Source: Cladosporium halotolerans (lineage: Eukaryota). From it: 64,000 bases of DNA. The notes under the pieces are model-generated. The model was not told where the DNA came from, searched no databases, and worked only from the letters and a program-made list of their open reading frames with translations. This document shows, piece after piece, positions 50,947-63,269 of this stretch. Positions within the stretch are counted from its first letter, which is position 1. Every line of letters begins with the position of its first letter. The translations under genes and the position numbers were made by a program. The stretch is taken from positions 372,001 to 436,000 of the forward strand of contig NW_027191457.1 in assembly GCF_011745625.1 (NCBI RefSeq), written 5' to 3'.

Positions 50947-52437
50947 TCACGAGCTCCCCCACCAAGGCATCTCAGTACTTCCCAGCTGCCCCGTACCACC
51001 CTTCGCCGCTGTCTCCATCGCGCTTTGCTGCAGCAACTCGAAAAGACTCTGCTCTCGTATTTGCTGCTGAGGGAACTGCGCAGGCGTAAAAGGCACCACC
51101 GGGCTTTGAGCCATAAACTCATGCAATGGGGCGTCATCGCCGTGCTTCCTCTTCGAACCCCGCATACGCCCCGACCCCAGCGGCCTGCCCGGCCCTGCGC
51201 CCCGAGCTCGTGGCCTCGTAGTGCCTCGAGGCACAGATGGGCGATTGGTCTCTCGCGGGCGGTTGTGCGCGGGTTTGGGATGGATGGCGATGTGCTTGTA
51301 CTGCACGATGATGACGCCAGCCGTGGTGGAGAACTTGACTGACACGGAGCCCTTGCAGTCGTAGGACTGTTTGATCTTGCGCAGGGGCGCGATGGACGGC
51401 ACGTGGGCCATGCGGTCCTTGTTCTGGAGGCTGTCTCGGCAGATGTATGAGAAGCGCAGGCTGTTGTCGTCGACGCGGCTGCTCCACGCGTTGTTGAACT
51501 GGTAGCGGAAGCCGTCGTGCGCGCTGATGCGCTCGAGGAGGCCGCGCGAGGCGGCGCGCTGGACGATGGAGCGAATCTTCTCCGAGGAGATGTTGAGGAT
51601 TGTCGAGACGAGGGCATTGGGGCAGGTTTTGAAGGGGTCGGTTGTGGAGGAAGGCGCGGAGGGACTGGATTGGGCGGGGGATTGTGTGATCTCGGTCTCG
51701 CCTTCTTGGGCTGATGAATGGTCGCGCTCCTGGGTGGATTGCGTAGCTTCGCCGGGATTGTTGTGAGGCTGTGACGGCGATTCCAATTGAGATTCGTCTT
51801 CGTCCCTGACCTGGCCAGCCCCTGCCTCCGTTCCGCCATTCTCGAGCTGATTTCGTTTGAACTCATCCGGTAGATCCTGATGGCCACCCTCCGAATACGG
51901 TCCAAAACTAGGTCTCATGAGCGGAACGAGCGCATTCCCTCCCAGCGTGTATTCCGAGCTCGTGCAGTTTGCGACCTCATCAGTAAAGCTGGCGTCAATG
52001 TCGGCCTTCAACTGCGCAATCATGTCTTCCACGTCTGTGAGTGGCTCGACGTCGCTAGACCCGTGCGCCATCCTATTCCTCTTCCTGTTCGACGCATGCG
52101 GAGTCTCTTGGATTTCTTGTGCAGGCGATTCATGTTGCTGGTACGCATCAGAGCGGACGTAAGAAGGCGCGTCGTAGTGGAATGTGTTTGTGTAAGAGTT
52201 GTAGCCGCTGAATGATGTTTGCGACGCGTACGGAGATTGATCGGAGGGCGATGCCTGCGGGTTGTTCATGGAGGATGTCGCGCCATTGGATGTGTAGTAA
52301 GGCGAGTCAACAACGCCCGGCCACGCTTGCCCATGCTGTTGTTCGTCGGATTGGTGTTGTCCGACTCCATAGTATGAATTGCTGGTCGGTGTGACCAGTT
52401 GGGGATTCTGACTCGGTACCAGGACGCCGTGCGACAT
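50947..52437 (-). CDS. Hypothetical nuclear protein with WRKY/GCM1-like (FAR1/MULE-type) zinc domain
   Basis: 496-aa ORF; GFRYQF..RFSYICRDS..YDCKGSVSVKF..VQYKHIAIH; basic patches RKRNR and KRKH. Confidence 0.65.
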   Translation of the reverse strand: MSHGVLVPSQNPQLVTPTSNSYYGVGQHQSDEQQHGQAWPGVVDSPYYTSNGATSSMNNPQASPSDQSPYASQTSFSGYNSYTNTFHYDAPSYVRSDAYQQHESPAQEIQETPHASNRKRNRMAHGSSDVEPLTDVEDMIAQLKADIDASFTDEVANCTSSEYTLGGNALVPLMRPSFGPYSEGGHQDLPDEFKRNQLENGGTEAGAGQVRDEDESQLESPSQPHNNPGEATQSTQERDHSSAQEGETEITQSPAQSSPSAPSSTTDPFKTCPNALVSTILNISSEKIRSIVQRAASRGLLERISAHDGFRYQFNNAWSSRVDDNSLRFSYICRDSLQNKDRMAHVPSIAPLRKIKQSYDCKGSVSVKFSTTAGVIIVQYKHIAIHPKPAHNRPRETNRPSVPRGTTRPRARGAGPGRPLGSGRMRGSKRKHGDDAPLHEFMAQSPVVPFTPAQFPQQQIREQSLFELLQQSAMETAAKGGTGQLGSTEMPWWGSS

Positions 52438-53087
52438 TTTGCCCGATATCGTCGTATTTTAGTGGGGTCCGGATTACAGGACAGTGAGTGGTGGTATAAC
52501 GTGAAGTCTAGTGGGGTTAAGCTTCCCGATTGGGACATCGCATCTGCGCCTTGTGAGCTCGGGCTTTGCAAGATCGGACGTCGGCCGTTGTGACACGAGC
52601 ATGTGGGCGTATGATGTTATCACTCAACGCGGCCTCTGTGCTCAGACGCGTCCTTAGTCCACAGTAAGGATGCGATATACGGATGCTAATTTGTTCGCGA
52701 CCAGATTATCGGAGATTTCGATCCCAACAGCAGTCGCCCTGCCCTTTTTTTTTGTAAGATCACCGATTGATCGCAGCAACACTTGTGCAATCTTTACCAC
52801 AACATAATCCAACTCTATTCGATTCAAACACAAAGGAAGTCCGTAGAAACTCACTGTAAATCCTTCTTACAAGGGGCGAAGTTGGAAGTGTGATTAATGT
52901 GACTTTATTAAATCTATACACGCGTGTATTTTCCCATTACCGACCCAAATGACCATTCTCCAGGGAATATTCAAATAAAAATCGTTTTTCGTGAGCGGTC
53001 TGACATTCAAAGTCGGAACCACATTCGTCCATTGACCACGATCGTCACGACGATGTGATCAAGTCGTCAAAAAGAATTGTGCCGACT

Positions 53088-53857
53088 CTACAACAGAGCA
53101 GCAAGGGCAAGACCGGCGGCGCCGAAAAGAACCGGGGCGGCAGTCTGGTAGGCACCAGAGTCGCCAGTCGCGGTCTCAGAGCCGGTCTGCTGGGCACCAG
53201 AGCCAGAACCAGTGTTGCCAGAGCCCGAGCCCGAGCCACCTGAGCCACCCATGGTCGCGGCAGCAGAGGACGCGGAAGACGCGGCAGAGCCACCAGCGGA
53301 GATGGCGGACTGCGTGACGTCGGAGTCAAGCTGGGACGAATGTCAGCAAACGTGGATTAAGGAACTTGGATTGCACATAGACATACAGAGCTGCCAGAGG
53401 CAGTTGCGGAAGCCTGGCTCAAGAAGCTGGAGACAGCAGCAGAGCTGGCGTTGGCGCCGGCAGAAGATCCAGCAATCGCGCCAGTACCGTTGGTGGCTTG
53501 CGGCATCATGCCAGAGCCAGCGGCAGTGCCACCGGGGAAGTAGTTGCTTGCGGCGGCCGCGACCTCAGAGCTGACCGAAGGGTCGGCGGTAGAGAGGAAA
53601 GACTGAAGGTAGGAAGAGGCCTGAGAAGGGCTCTCGGAAGCGTAGGAGGTCAGGAAGGCGGAAGCCTGGCTGGGGTTGTTCAGCGCCCAGGAGCTGGCGG
53701 CGGAAGCAGCGACACCGCCAGAGCCCTCTGCGATGGCAGAGCTGACGACGGAAGAGGCCTGGTCACCACCTGCAGAGGTGGCAGAGTTGGCGATCTCGGT
53801 GACGTCCTGAGCGGCAACGTAGCCGGCGGCGGCAACAACGAAGACGGAGGCGCGCAT
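53088..53857 (-). CDS. Ser/Ala/Gly-rich secreted, probably GPI-anchored cell-wall protein; intron 53331-53386
   Basis: Signal peptide MRASVFVVAAAGYVAA; low-complexity body; hydrophobic tail AAPVLFGAAGLALAALL*. Confidence 0.82.
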
Positions 53858-54949
53858 CTTGATAGATTTGACTTGGTTGGTGATTTTGAGGAAAGCTTTA
53901 GGGCAGAAGCGACTGATGTAGTAAGACAATGATTGCTTGGAAAGATAGGCAGTCGATGTCCGAGAGTGCAGCTACCTTTGTCTCTTATACACAAGGGCAA
54001 CAACTGCGGAAGCCCGTGCCAGACCCATAAAAGTGATGTAGTGTCAACCCTCAGGACCTTCGATTGGTCTGGCCTTGGCTGCGTTCTCCGCGCGATTTGT
54101 AGTGGTCCCGACCCGCAAACTTCTTTGGCTTACAAGGTTCGATATGTGGACGCGGCCTTCTGGGGCGTTGCCCCGGCGGCCTTTCCGACGCATGTGCTCT
54201 TTGGGCGATCGCGGGCATCTCGTCCAGATGCGGCTTGCCGGCTGGCTCCAGTTCCGGCTGTGCGAGTGAATCTTCGAAGCTCTGCCGCGTAACAAGCCGG
54301 CATTATTATTATGGTTCATTTCGAGCCTGACGTGCCATTCAAGCCATCATCAGTATCGATACAAGTCAGTCAAGGCGAGCCAAGATTCGTGTGGCTCCAA
54401 GAATGTCTGCCTGCCCTTCTCGGCCCCATCACGAAGGCACTCTGGCGCAGGCTAGTGGTCGGGATGAGGTGTAGGCGGCGGTAGATCTAAAGGATCCACT
54501 CCGGGGACTGGCGAGACTGGGCAGAGGCTCCGTAGTGGCAAGGCTGACTGTCGTGTCCGCGCGTATAGCACGGGACAAACGGTTGTGCGGCTGTCTCGAT
54601 CAGCCTTGAGGCTCTTGGCGAGCCCGATGACGTACATCCGGTATAGACCTCACGTAGTGGTGCCGACTCGAATAACGGCTGTCGTCGAGCAAACTTGCAA
54701 GGAATTTAATACCTAGCGTCTCTGAGAAGAGAGTGCGTTGCAAGAGAACGGTAGTACGATCACACGAGGGCCCGGTGAGGCCAGCCGTGGTTTCATCACA
54801 CCATCTCGTCCAGCTCAGCTGTTCAGCTGTGATCCTTCAAGCCATATAGGATGAGCACAGCCTCCAGGTTGCTCGGAAGCTCCTTGTAGATCGTCCACAT
54901 CCTCGCCACCTGCTCTTAACCATCGCAAATTACAGCAACAACGGCGACA

Positions 54950-55951
54950 ATGGCGAAAGGCAAGCAAGATGCAGCCTCCCTGCTCACATGTGAGGCGGAG
55001 ACGCGTCGTCCTTTCATTCACCATCTCAACGCGGACACCTCATGGCTCATCCAGATCCCACGGAATGACGACCACCCTCGCCCATACTTCAATCTCCTAA
55101 TTGACCCGTGGCTGACCACCTCTCAAATTGAATTCTCCCGCTTCTTCCACGAACAAGCCCACACCGTCCCCTCCGCCTTCCAAACCATCGCCGAAATCGA
55201 ATCCTTCATCCAAGCCATCGAAAATCGCGCCTGCACCCTCCAAAACACCCCTGCACCCTCGGAACCCCCAGACAGCTATATCGACGCCGTAGCCTGCAGC
55301 CTCAGCCTCACAGACCATGTCCACGAACCCACGCTCCGCCAACTTCACCCTTCCGTCCCGCTGCTCGTCCGCGAAGACGCCCTCTATGTCAAAAAATGGA
55401 ACCACTTCACCACCATCGCCGCCATCCCACCCTTCCAACGCTCCTGGCAAACCACCCTCCTCCCCTCCCTCCCCTCCTGGCTCGGCATCGGCAGCCTAAC
55501 CATGACCAAAGACCTGCAAGGCATCCATAAAGGCCTTGTCGTCTCCTTCTCCGGCACGCGCCACCCAACCGCCGAAGCGATCGTCTACATGCCGCACGGC
55601 ATCCCCGCGGAGCAAATGGACTTCTTACGCGAACGAGACCCGCCACTGCGCGTGCTGGCGCTGCTGCATGGCCTGCTGAATGTGAAAGTGGGATTGTCTT
55701 GGCTCGGGTACAGCGATGCGAACCTGGGCGCGCACAACGGGCTGAAATTGCAGCGGCTGCTCGAAGCGGAGTACTGGGCGGGCACGCACGATGAGATGAA
55801 AGTTGAGAAGGGTTTTACGTCGTGGATTCTGACGCAGAATCCGATTTCGTTGGAGGAGGCGCTGGAGAGGGAGAGGGAGGAGTGTGGGCAGGAATTGGCG
55901 AGGCCGAATTGGAGGGATGTGGGAAATGGAGGGAGTTTGGTTTTGGTTTGA
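54950..55951 (+). CDS. Fungal metallo-beta-lactamase-fold-like protein
   Basis: HLNADTSWL, LLIDPWL, TDHVHEPTL, YMPHG, NLGAHNG and YWAGTHDE motifs. Confidence 0.7.
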   Translation: MAKGKQDAASLLTCEAETRRPFIHHLNADTSWLIQIPRNDDHPRPYFNLLIDPWLTTSQIEFSRFFHEQAHTVPSAFQTIAEIESFIQAIENRACTLQNTPAPSEPPDSYIDAVACSLSLTDHVHEPTLRQLHPSVPLLVREDALYVKKWNHFTTIAAIPPFQRSWQTTLLPSLPSWLGIGSLTMTKDLQGIHKGLVVSFSGTRHPTAEAIVYMPHGIPAEQMDFLRERDPPLRVLALLHGLLNVKVGLSWLGYSDANLGAHNGLKLQRLLEAEYWAGTHDEMKVEKGFTSWILTQNPISLEEALEREREECGQELARPNWRDVGNGGSLVLV

Positions 55952-56526
55952 GGGATGTTTGGACCATGTCGTGGGAAAGACTGGTTTTGAGCGAGGTTGG
56001 TTGTGTGAAGCATCCCTATGATGGCTGATGCTAGCTTTGTGCTGATTTGGATATCCATCATCACGACGTTACGAAATAATGAATACGCTGTCAAGCAATG
56101 CGATTCAAGAAGGTTCAAATTCCGTTTCATAAGAAATCAAGGCTTATTGCTATGTCATGGTATCATGCCGATTGGCGCTGCACGCTGTCATGCTCCGACC
56201 GCGTTCCCGGAAAAGCCAGCCAGCTACCATCAAAAACTCCGTGGTCCAGTGACCTGCCAGTAAGAAAGAAATTCTGCCTGATTCCCCCATTTCCTCCATA
56301 GTTTGACGTATGCTCGTGAAAAAGCTCATTATGCTGGAACGCTTCATCGCGGGGCTCGCGCCCGCCGATGCCTATGCTTTCTTGATGGATGCTCATGCTG
56401 TTGGCTCCCTGGTGTATTTGAACGAAACGTTCTGAATCCTCAAAAGCAAAATGGGGCTCGTCTGGTGCCCCTCTCCCGAGAGAATTGCGCTTGTTGATTC
56501 CGAGCGGCTGCAGTATTTCAATCTGA

Positions 56527-59500
56527 TTAGTCGGTACCACCATTCGCGTCAGCTTCGCCTGCGTTGGCAGCAGCGATGGCATCAACATCTTCTGTCTCGA
56601 CGCCATGCGTGTTGACGACGATGCGACGGCCACGCTGAGTGGCGGAAACTCCGTCACGACTCGCACCGAAGTCAAGGACCTGTTACATCTGTTAGTCACA
56701 CCCAAAGCGTGGAATGTTAGACGTGCTTACCTCAATGTACGTAAGATTATTACGTTGCACAGCGGCAACACAACGGCGCTCATCAAAGCGAACCTGCCAC
56801 ACCCCCGAAAGGTCTGTCAAAAGGTCACGAACGCATTCTCCATTGCGTACGTTCCACATCTTGAGCGTACGATCAGAGCCAGAGATAACCTTTTGACCGT
56901 CGTGCTGAAAGCAGGTGATTGCACCGGTGTGCGCACTAAGCGTCGCCTTGCAAGCACCGCTCTCGGGGTCCCAGATGCGGAGAGTACTATCTGCCGCTGC
57001 GGAGACCAGGCGATCATGGCTGAGATCAAGCAGGCCGACGAGTGATGTGTGACCCTCAAGGTTGAACAGACAAGAGCCCGTGTCGAGATCCCAGACTTTG
57101 ACGAGGTTATCCATGCTGCCTGATATGCAGCGATTACGGGCATGGTCAAGAACGACCGAGTAGACCTTCTGAGCGTGTCCCTGAAGGCGATGCTGGAGAT
57201 CGCCCGTGGAGATTTTCCAAACTCTCACGGTGCAGTCGTATGAACCTGAGATGAGAGTGTCGCCATGGGCAGCGATGGCACGCACGCTGTTATGGTGGCC
57301 GCTGAGCGTTCGGATGAAATAGGGGTTGTCGCGATCATTAGCCGGGGGGCCTGCCTGGATAATGCTTCTGTCACCCGGCCTCGGCAACTTCCAAACACGA
57401 AGGGTTGAGTCACGGGAGCCGGTGATGATGAGGGGCTCTTTGGGCATCATGATGGGAGTGCCATCGGCGGCAGTATCGACCTGTACAGGCTTGAGGATCT
57501 CCAAGCAACGGACCGTCGAGGTGTGGCCCTGGAAGACTTGAAGGCACCGGCCAGACTTAATATCCCATACCCGAACGCTGCGATCGGTCGAGCCAGAAAC
57601 CAAAGTATCGCCCTCATATTGCAGGGCCCAGACACCGCCCTCGTGGCCTTCAAGCCTTCTTCTCAAGGCTCCAGTCTTGGTGTCGTACACGTTGATCTTG
57701 GTGTCATCACTTCCCGTCAAGATTTTGTCATCGTCGAATAGCAAGCATGTGACGACGTGGCGATGGTGTGCTCTGAAAGCCAGATGCTGCGGTTGGCTAT
57801 CTTCCATCATCCAAGCCTTGCGTATCAAGTAGTGGCGCTGGTATAAAGATTTGAACAGGTGCATGCCACGGAGGGATTCAACTCCTATGGTGGGGTAGGG
57901 AATTGCTTGCGTGGCCGCATTCGCTAATGCAGTCGGGCCCTTGGCCAGTGCCATCAATTTCTTCCATATCGGTGGGTCTCGCTGTGTTCTAGTTGTGGAA
58001 CCGGACGATCTCGAGGTGCGCTTTGCTTTCTTTTGGCTCGGATGCCGGTGTGAATGCTTGCGCTTTGTCCTCGTCACGGCGGAGGAGGTAGTCTCATCGT
58101 CTTCGCTGTCGTTATCTCCATGCACATGGCTGAGATCGTCTTCGCAACCGTCTTCGCCCGGGTGTTGCCATCCCCAACCCTCTTTCACGGCTCTTGCAAC
58201 TTCGCCTTCAGGTAGTACAAATTCATCACGCTCCAGGAGATCCTTCCATGCACGTTCGTCAGAGTTGATGAGCCTACGCCAGCGCTTCGATACCTGTGCA
58301 GCACGGCACATACTCCGGGAGTCCAGATAGCGAGTGATGTTGAGGCCAAGCTCAGGCGGTAAAACGTTGAAAGGGTCGCATTTGAGGGCAGGGTTGACCA
58401 CATTTGCGACCATTTGCAGTGTCGGCTTCGGGCATCTCCGGAGGAACTGATACATCACATATGACTGCAGAGCTTCCGGCATGCTGTCAAATGCGTCTAC
58501 CATCGTAGGAATATCCATGACTGTTGGGCCCGAGTTTTTGGGCACCTGATGCTGTGTGCTAGCTTCGAGATGTCCAACGGAAGCAGATGGATCTAAGGAG
58601 CTGGCGCTTTGTGTCTTGCTGTCATCATCAAGGTCTATGCTTGATTCAACGCTCGAAAGCCCTTCGTTGTGCCTAGCGAACGACGCTTCGAAGGCGTTCT
58701 GGCGAGAAGCTAAAGTGGCGGCAGCAGTGATTGGCGAGAGACTCGGACTGGGAAGGCTGGCATCTTGCTGTGAGCTCGTGAGAATGTTAGGCAAGTTCGG
58801 CCTACGAATGCCTGCATCTTCGGTGCGATCAGGGTCGACCTCCAAGTCAGCGTCGGCTACGGGCGGTGTAGCCGCTGCACCGGCCGTCGCGCTGGCTTCA
58901 ACGAAGCCGCGCTGAGCTTTGTTATTCTTCACAGCAAATGGCGGACCCAGCTGAGAGTCGTCCTCTTGAAGTTCTTCATCGCCAGCATTGTCCTCCTCAT
59001 TGTCTTGTAGCTCTCGCAACCTTGATTGAGGAATCCTTCCGGGGCTTCTCCTCCTCTTGCCTTCCTGACGACTCGAGCTCGCTCTCGGCGGCAGCATCTC
59101 GACGAATCCAACATCGGTGTCAGGCGTTACCGGTGAGGGATTGCTGGGCTCAGGGAATGCTCCAGAAGCTGCACGCTGATTGAGTGAAGGTACCTCTTGC
59201 ATCTCAGACTGAGTTCGGTGAAGTTGCGAGCGCGGCTTCTTGACCCTCCTCTGCAGACTTGCGAGCTCGGCCGCCTCTGCTATAGACGGAGGAGTTGCAG
59301 TACGCTTGGGAGCATCTGATGCCCGAACATTGTGCACGTTCTTGTGGACCCGCGATTGCTCCGGTCCACGTGTCGGAGTCTCATATGCCTTTTCCCTTGC
59401 CTCTCCGTATGTCAAAGAACCGTTGTGCCTCTGCATCTTCGCCTGTAGTCTTCGGTGTTGCTTCATGGTCTCCTCAGCATCTTCCGCCTCGTGAAACGTT

Positions 59501-59892
59501 GTTGGCCGGCCATGAACATCGAAGCAGAACCGCTTGATCGAGCGCGGAGTCGGTGTGAATACAAGAGGATATTGCTTTGGGTCTCTTTCCATAAGATCCT
59601 TGGGTGGGTTCATTATCAGTGGAGGCAGAGATACGGTAGTCATGGTGGTCGTCGTCACAACAGTCTGCTGGGTTGCTGGGCCGAAGCACATGGCGGCTAC
59701 TGTGGAGTTTGGAGGCGCCATGTTAGGCATCGTGGTGGTAGGTGTGCTGTCTTGAGGTTGAGATGTCGGTTGCTTGGAGTGCGGCATGGCTCCTGTGGGT
59801 GACGCTGGAGCGGTAGAGAGGACGCCGTCGGCAGCGAGCGCGGTCGGCACTTTCACATGGAGCCCTAAGCCGAGGCTTTTGGGCGTATCCAT
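56527..59892 (-). CDS. CDC4: F-box/WD40 SCF substrate receptor Cdc4; intron 56680-56730
   Basis: F-box LPPELGLNITRYLD..AAQVSKRW; WD40 series (GHEGGVWAL, GHTSTVRCL, GHTSLVGLL); last exon VLDFGASRDG. Confidence 0.92.
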
Positions 59893-61673
59893 GCCTCAGA
59901 GAAGTCGTCCTCGAGGGAGAAGGGCCGGCGGTACGCGCAGGAGACGCGAGAGTGGGGGATGGTGTCCGATGTGCTTGATGGGTTGCGTGGCGGTAGGGAG
60001 TGTGATGTGCTGCCACGCGTCGTAGAGGCCGGGGCTGGTGTTATCTTGCCAATATCGCCCGTGTGTAGAGCCCTGTCAAACTGAATGTAGTGTAAGAGAG
60101 AGGTGCCCGGCGTCAGCGTGGCGGCGTTCCCAGTCCAACGGTCCACGGGGATGACAGGACGGATGCACGCCGGCACCGCGATGCAGACCAATATCGCGCC
60201 GGATCCACCGTCGCAAAGTGTGTGTGTATTTAGCGGAGGCGGAGGAGGAGTGGGCGGGTCGGCGGTGAGGTGGGTGGTGGTGGTGGAGCGGCAGCAGCAA
60301 CAGCAACCCCAGGTGCGAGTTGTGGAGGAGGACCGGCTTGCACGCTGGACGCGGCTGTGCCCGGGCGTGGCGGTTCACGCCTGGTCCCCTGCAAACCTTG
60401 ACCGACTCGGGCCAACAACACCAAGGCGGAGTCCCCGCGAATAAATGACTCTCTGTGATGACATACATGGCGTCTGACCGAGGTTCGACATTAATGTCAG
60501 CTGCTGACTTCGCCATCCGCCAACGACGTCTCGTGTGCACGGGGAATGCTGCTGTGCGCGAATGTAGAACTCGCCAGACATTCCAGCGATCTGCTTCGAA
60601 GCGTACGGACGGTCCTTGTTGACCTGATTGATCCCATAATCGGAATCGATCAGGCGGGCACTGCGGTTCAAAAAGCTGCTATATGCGGTAACATAGGGCG
60701 CCGTGTCTGTCAAGTCGCAAAATTGATCTCAAGCAAACGCACAATGATACTACATCTCTCTGAATAATCCATCAACGCCGACTCGACACCGCCGTCTTAC
60801 TCCCGGTTTGAGCGGCGATCGATCGTTGTTTATTTGTTGACTCAACCAAGATCTACTCATGCATCTCGGTTTACGCATCTCCAGCTGGACGCTCTACGGA
60901 TAAAATCAGACGATATCAAGTGTCTTACCGAACAGCGTAATTCTCAGGTTCTATTTACGTCTTCACGAGGTACTTGCGCTGCCGACAGCCCGGTGACCTT
61001 CGACATTACACGCCTCGGGATGGCTTCTGCCGGCATATATCTCAATCGATATACAGATTCAACGGTTTCAACTTGTCCTACTTTTTCTTAGATCCGCTCA
61101 TCCCGATACTCTGGGGCATTTGAATACATTGATCACCGAATCGAGTGTGGAAAAGCTCGGTGTGCCATTATGCCTACACGGAGTGAAAGCGGAAAATAGG
61201 AACAAAGAAAAATACCTAATAATCCAGGACAATTTCAGGGGACTTGTAACATATCTGGAGACCTTGAACAAGCTGACGACAATTTCCTGGAAGACGATGA
61301 GATTTGTGACAGAAAACTCTAATTGCTGCGAGTCTTTCTGATATCATCAGGTGCAGCAAATGGTCGCTGGTCAATCTATGGTAAGACTCATGCCTGCATA
61401 CCCACTAATTGGAACCCCTTCGACTAGCTGTCGACTATCTATCGCGTTGAGTTTGGCTGCGTACATCTGTGAGGCATCTCGCTCGCAATGCCGCTTTTGG
61501 ATGCAAGAACATCATTTAATGTGGCGTCATTGTTGGAAAGATGGTTTCAATTAAGAGTGGCATGAAAATAGAATGGCATGAAGAAAAGCGGGTGATTCAA
61601 TCATCTACTCATAGATCAATCACGACTGCATTATCTTTTGAAGAGATTTAGTTTTCACGTATCATGCCTTCAA

Positions 61674-63269
61674 TTACAACCGGCTTGCTTTGTTCTTTGC
61701 CGACAGATCTTTGAGCGCTGACTGCGCTGCCCTCCGTCCGAAGACACCACCAGCAGTCAACCCTGAGCCTCCCGGGTAGTTCCCATAGAACAGCCCCCCG
61801 ACCATCTCACCCGCACAGTAAAGACCCTCTATCCTGCTCCCATCTTCTCTGAGTACCGCAGAATTCTCTGGATCGATGGCAAGGCCAGCAAAGGTGAATG
61901 TAATGCCCGAAGTCACTTTTACGGCAAGCAGCGGTTGTTCCGTAACAGGCAGAGCCCAGTTGCTCTTGGCTAACGGCAACTTCTTCGAGGTCGATTGCGT
62001 CGATAGGCCATCTTTCACGGCAGGATTGAGCTGGGTGTCTGGATGCTCCTTTCGATGTGCAGCCACGGCCCTGTCGAAGTCGTTCAGCGTTTGAAACAAG
62101 GCTTTCTTGTTTTTCAGGCCATCTTCTCCGAGCTTATCAGCCAATTCCTCAACACTCGTAGCCCAGGTCTTCCTAACGATCTCATCTCTGTATTCCTCAG
62201 CCCTCAGCCACTTCTGCCCTTCTTTTCCCCAAATTTGCCACGCCACTCCGCCCGGCTGCTCAAGAATCGCTCTTCCGAACTTGGCATAAGTGTAATTCCT
62301 CAGATCAATGCCCTCATCCACAAACCTCTCCCCTTCGGCATTCACCATAATCCCCAAAGGATATCCACTCTTCGTGAACTCATTCGTCTTCTCCCGATCA
62401 CCTCCATCCGCCGGTGAATCATAATCCCACGCCGTACTATGACACCCGCCCGAACTGAAATCCCCAACCAGCTTCGCACCAACCTTCTGCGCCGCCAAAA
62501 TCATGTCTCCAGTATTATACGGCGTACCCCTCGTATGCGCTCTCTCCCAGCCTTCGGCCAAAAACCTCCTCCTCAGCTCCGGATTCGCCTCAAAACCGCC
62601 CGCACAAAGCACCACGCTCCCCGCTCTCAATACCTCCCTCTCTTGACTGCCCTCCCTCCTAACCACAACGCCCTCCACCCTCCCTCCCTCCCCAACAACC
62701 AACTCCTCCCCCTTCACCCCAAACTCCACCACTCCCCCGGCAGCCCTCACAGCCCCCAGCAGCGCCTTGATCAACCCCTTCCCGCCACCCCCCGCAACAC
62801 TCAAACACAGCCCGCCCCAAAACCGCCACCGCCCCTCAACCTCAAACGCCTGCCTGCGAAAACTCATCTCCCAATCCACACCGCCCACCTCCCGCAACCA
62901 CCTGACCAACCCCAGACTCTCCCCCACCACAACCCGCCCCAGCCTCTCCTCGCTCCTCCCACCCGTCACCCGCTCCAAATCTCCCAGAAACTGCCCCTCC
63001 GTGTACGCCTCCAGGTCGACCTTGCCCGCCAGCTCGGCCGGCACGTTCGACACGAGCGGCAGGATGTCCGCCAGGCCGGCGTGCGCGACGCGGTAGGCGC
63101 CCGCGGTGAAGTAGCCGTTGCCGCCGGCCCAGGGCTCGGGGGCTTTTTCGAGGAGGCGGACGCGCGGGCGGGCGGTGTTGGGGGGCAGCGGGCAGGTGAG
63201 GGCTTCGAGGGCGGTGGTTAGGGCGGCGGCGCCGGAGCCGAGGATCAGGATGTCGGGGTGTTGGGGCAT
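61674..63269 (-). CDS. FAD-dependent oxidoreductase, TcuA/CobZ-like (fumarate reductase flavoprotein family), C-terminal PTS1
   Basis: GSGAAA Rossmann motif, GGNGYFTAGAYR, GGFEAN, RGTPYNTG, RNYTYAKFG, GITFTFAG, GEMVGGLFYGNYPGGSGL; ends -SRL; intronless. Confidence 0.85.
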   Translation of the reverse strand: MPQHPDILILGSGAAALTTALEALTCPLPPNTARPRVRLLEKAPEPWAGGNGYFTAGAYRVAHAGLADILPLVSNVPAELAGKVDLEAYTEGQFLGDLERVTGGRSEERLGRVVVGESLGLVRWLREVGGVDWEMSFRRQAFEVEGRWRFWGGLCLSVAGGGGKGLIKALLGAVRAAGGVVEFGVKGEELVVGEGGRVEGVVVRREGSQEREVLRAGSVVLCAGGFEANPELRRRFLAEGWERAHTRGTPYNTGDMILAAQKVGAKLVGDFSSGGCHSTAWDYDSPADGGDREKTNEFTKSGYPLGIMVNAEGERFVDEGIDLRNYTYAKFGRAILEQPGGVAWQIWGKEGQKWLRAEEYRDEIVRKTWATSVEELADKLGEDGLKNKKALFQTLNDFDRAVAAHRKEHPDTQLNPAVKDGLSTQSTSKKLPLAKSNWALPVTEQPLLAVKVTSGITFTFAGLAIDPENSAVLREDGSRIEGLYCAGEMVGGLFYGNYPGGSGLTAGGVFGRRAAQSALKDLSAKNKASRL

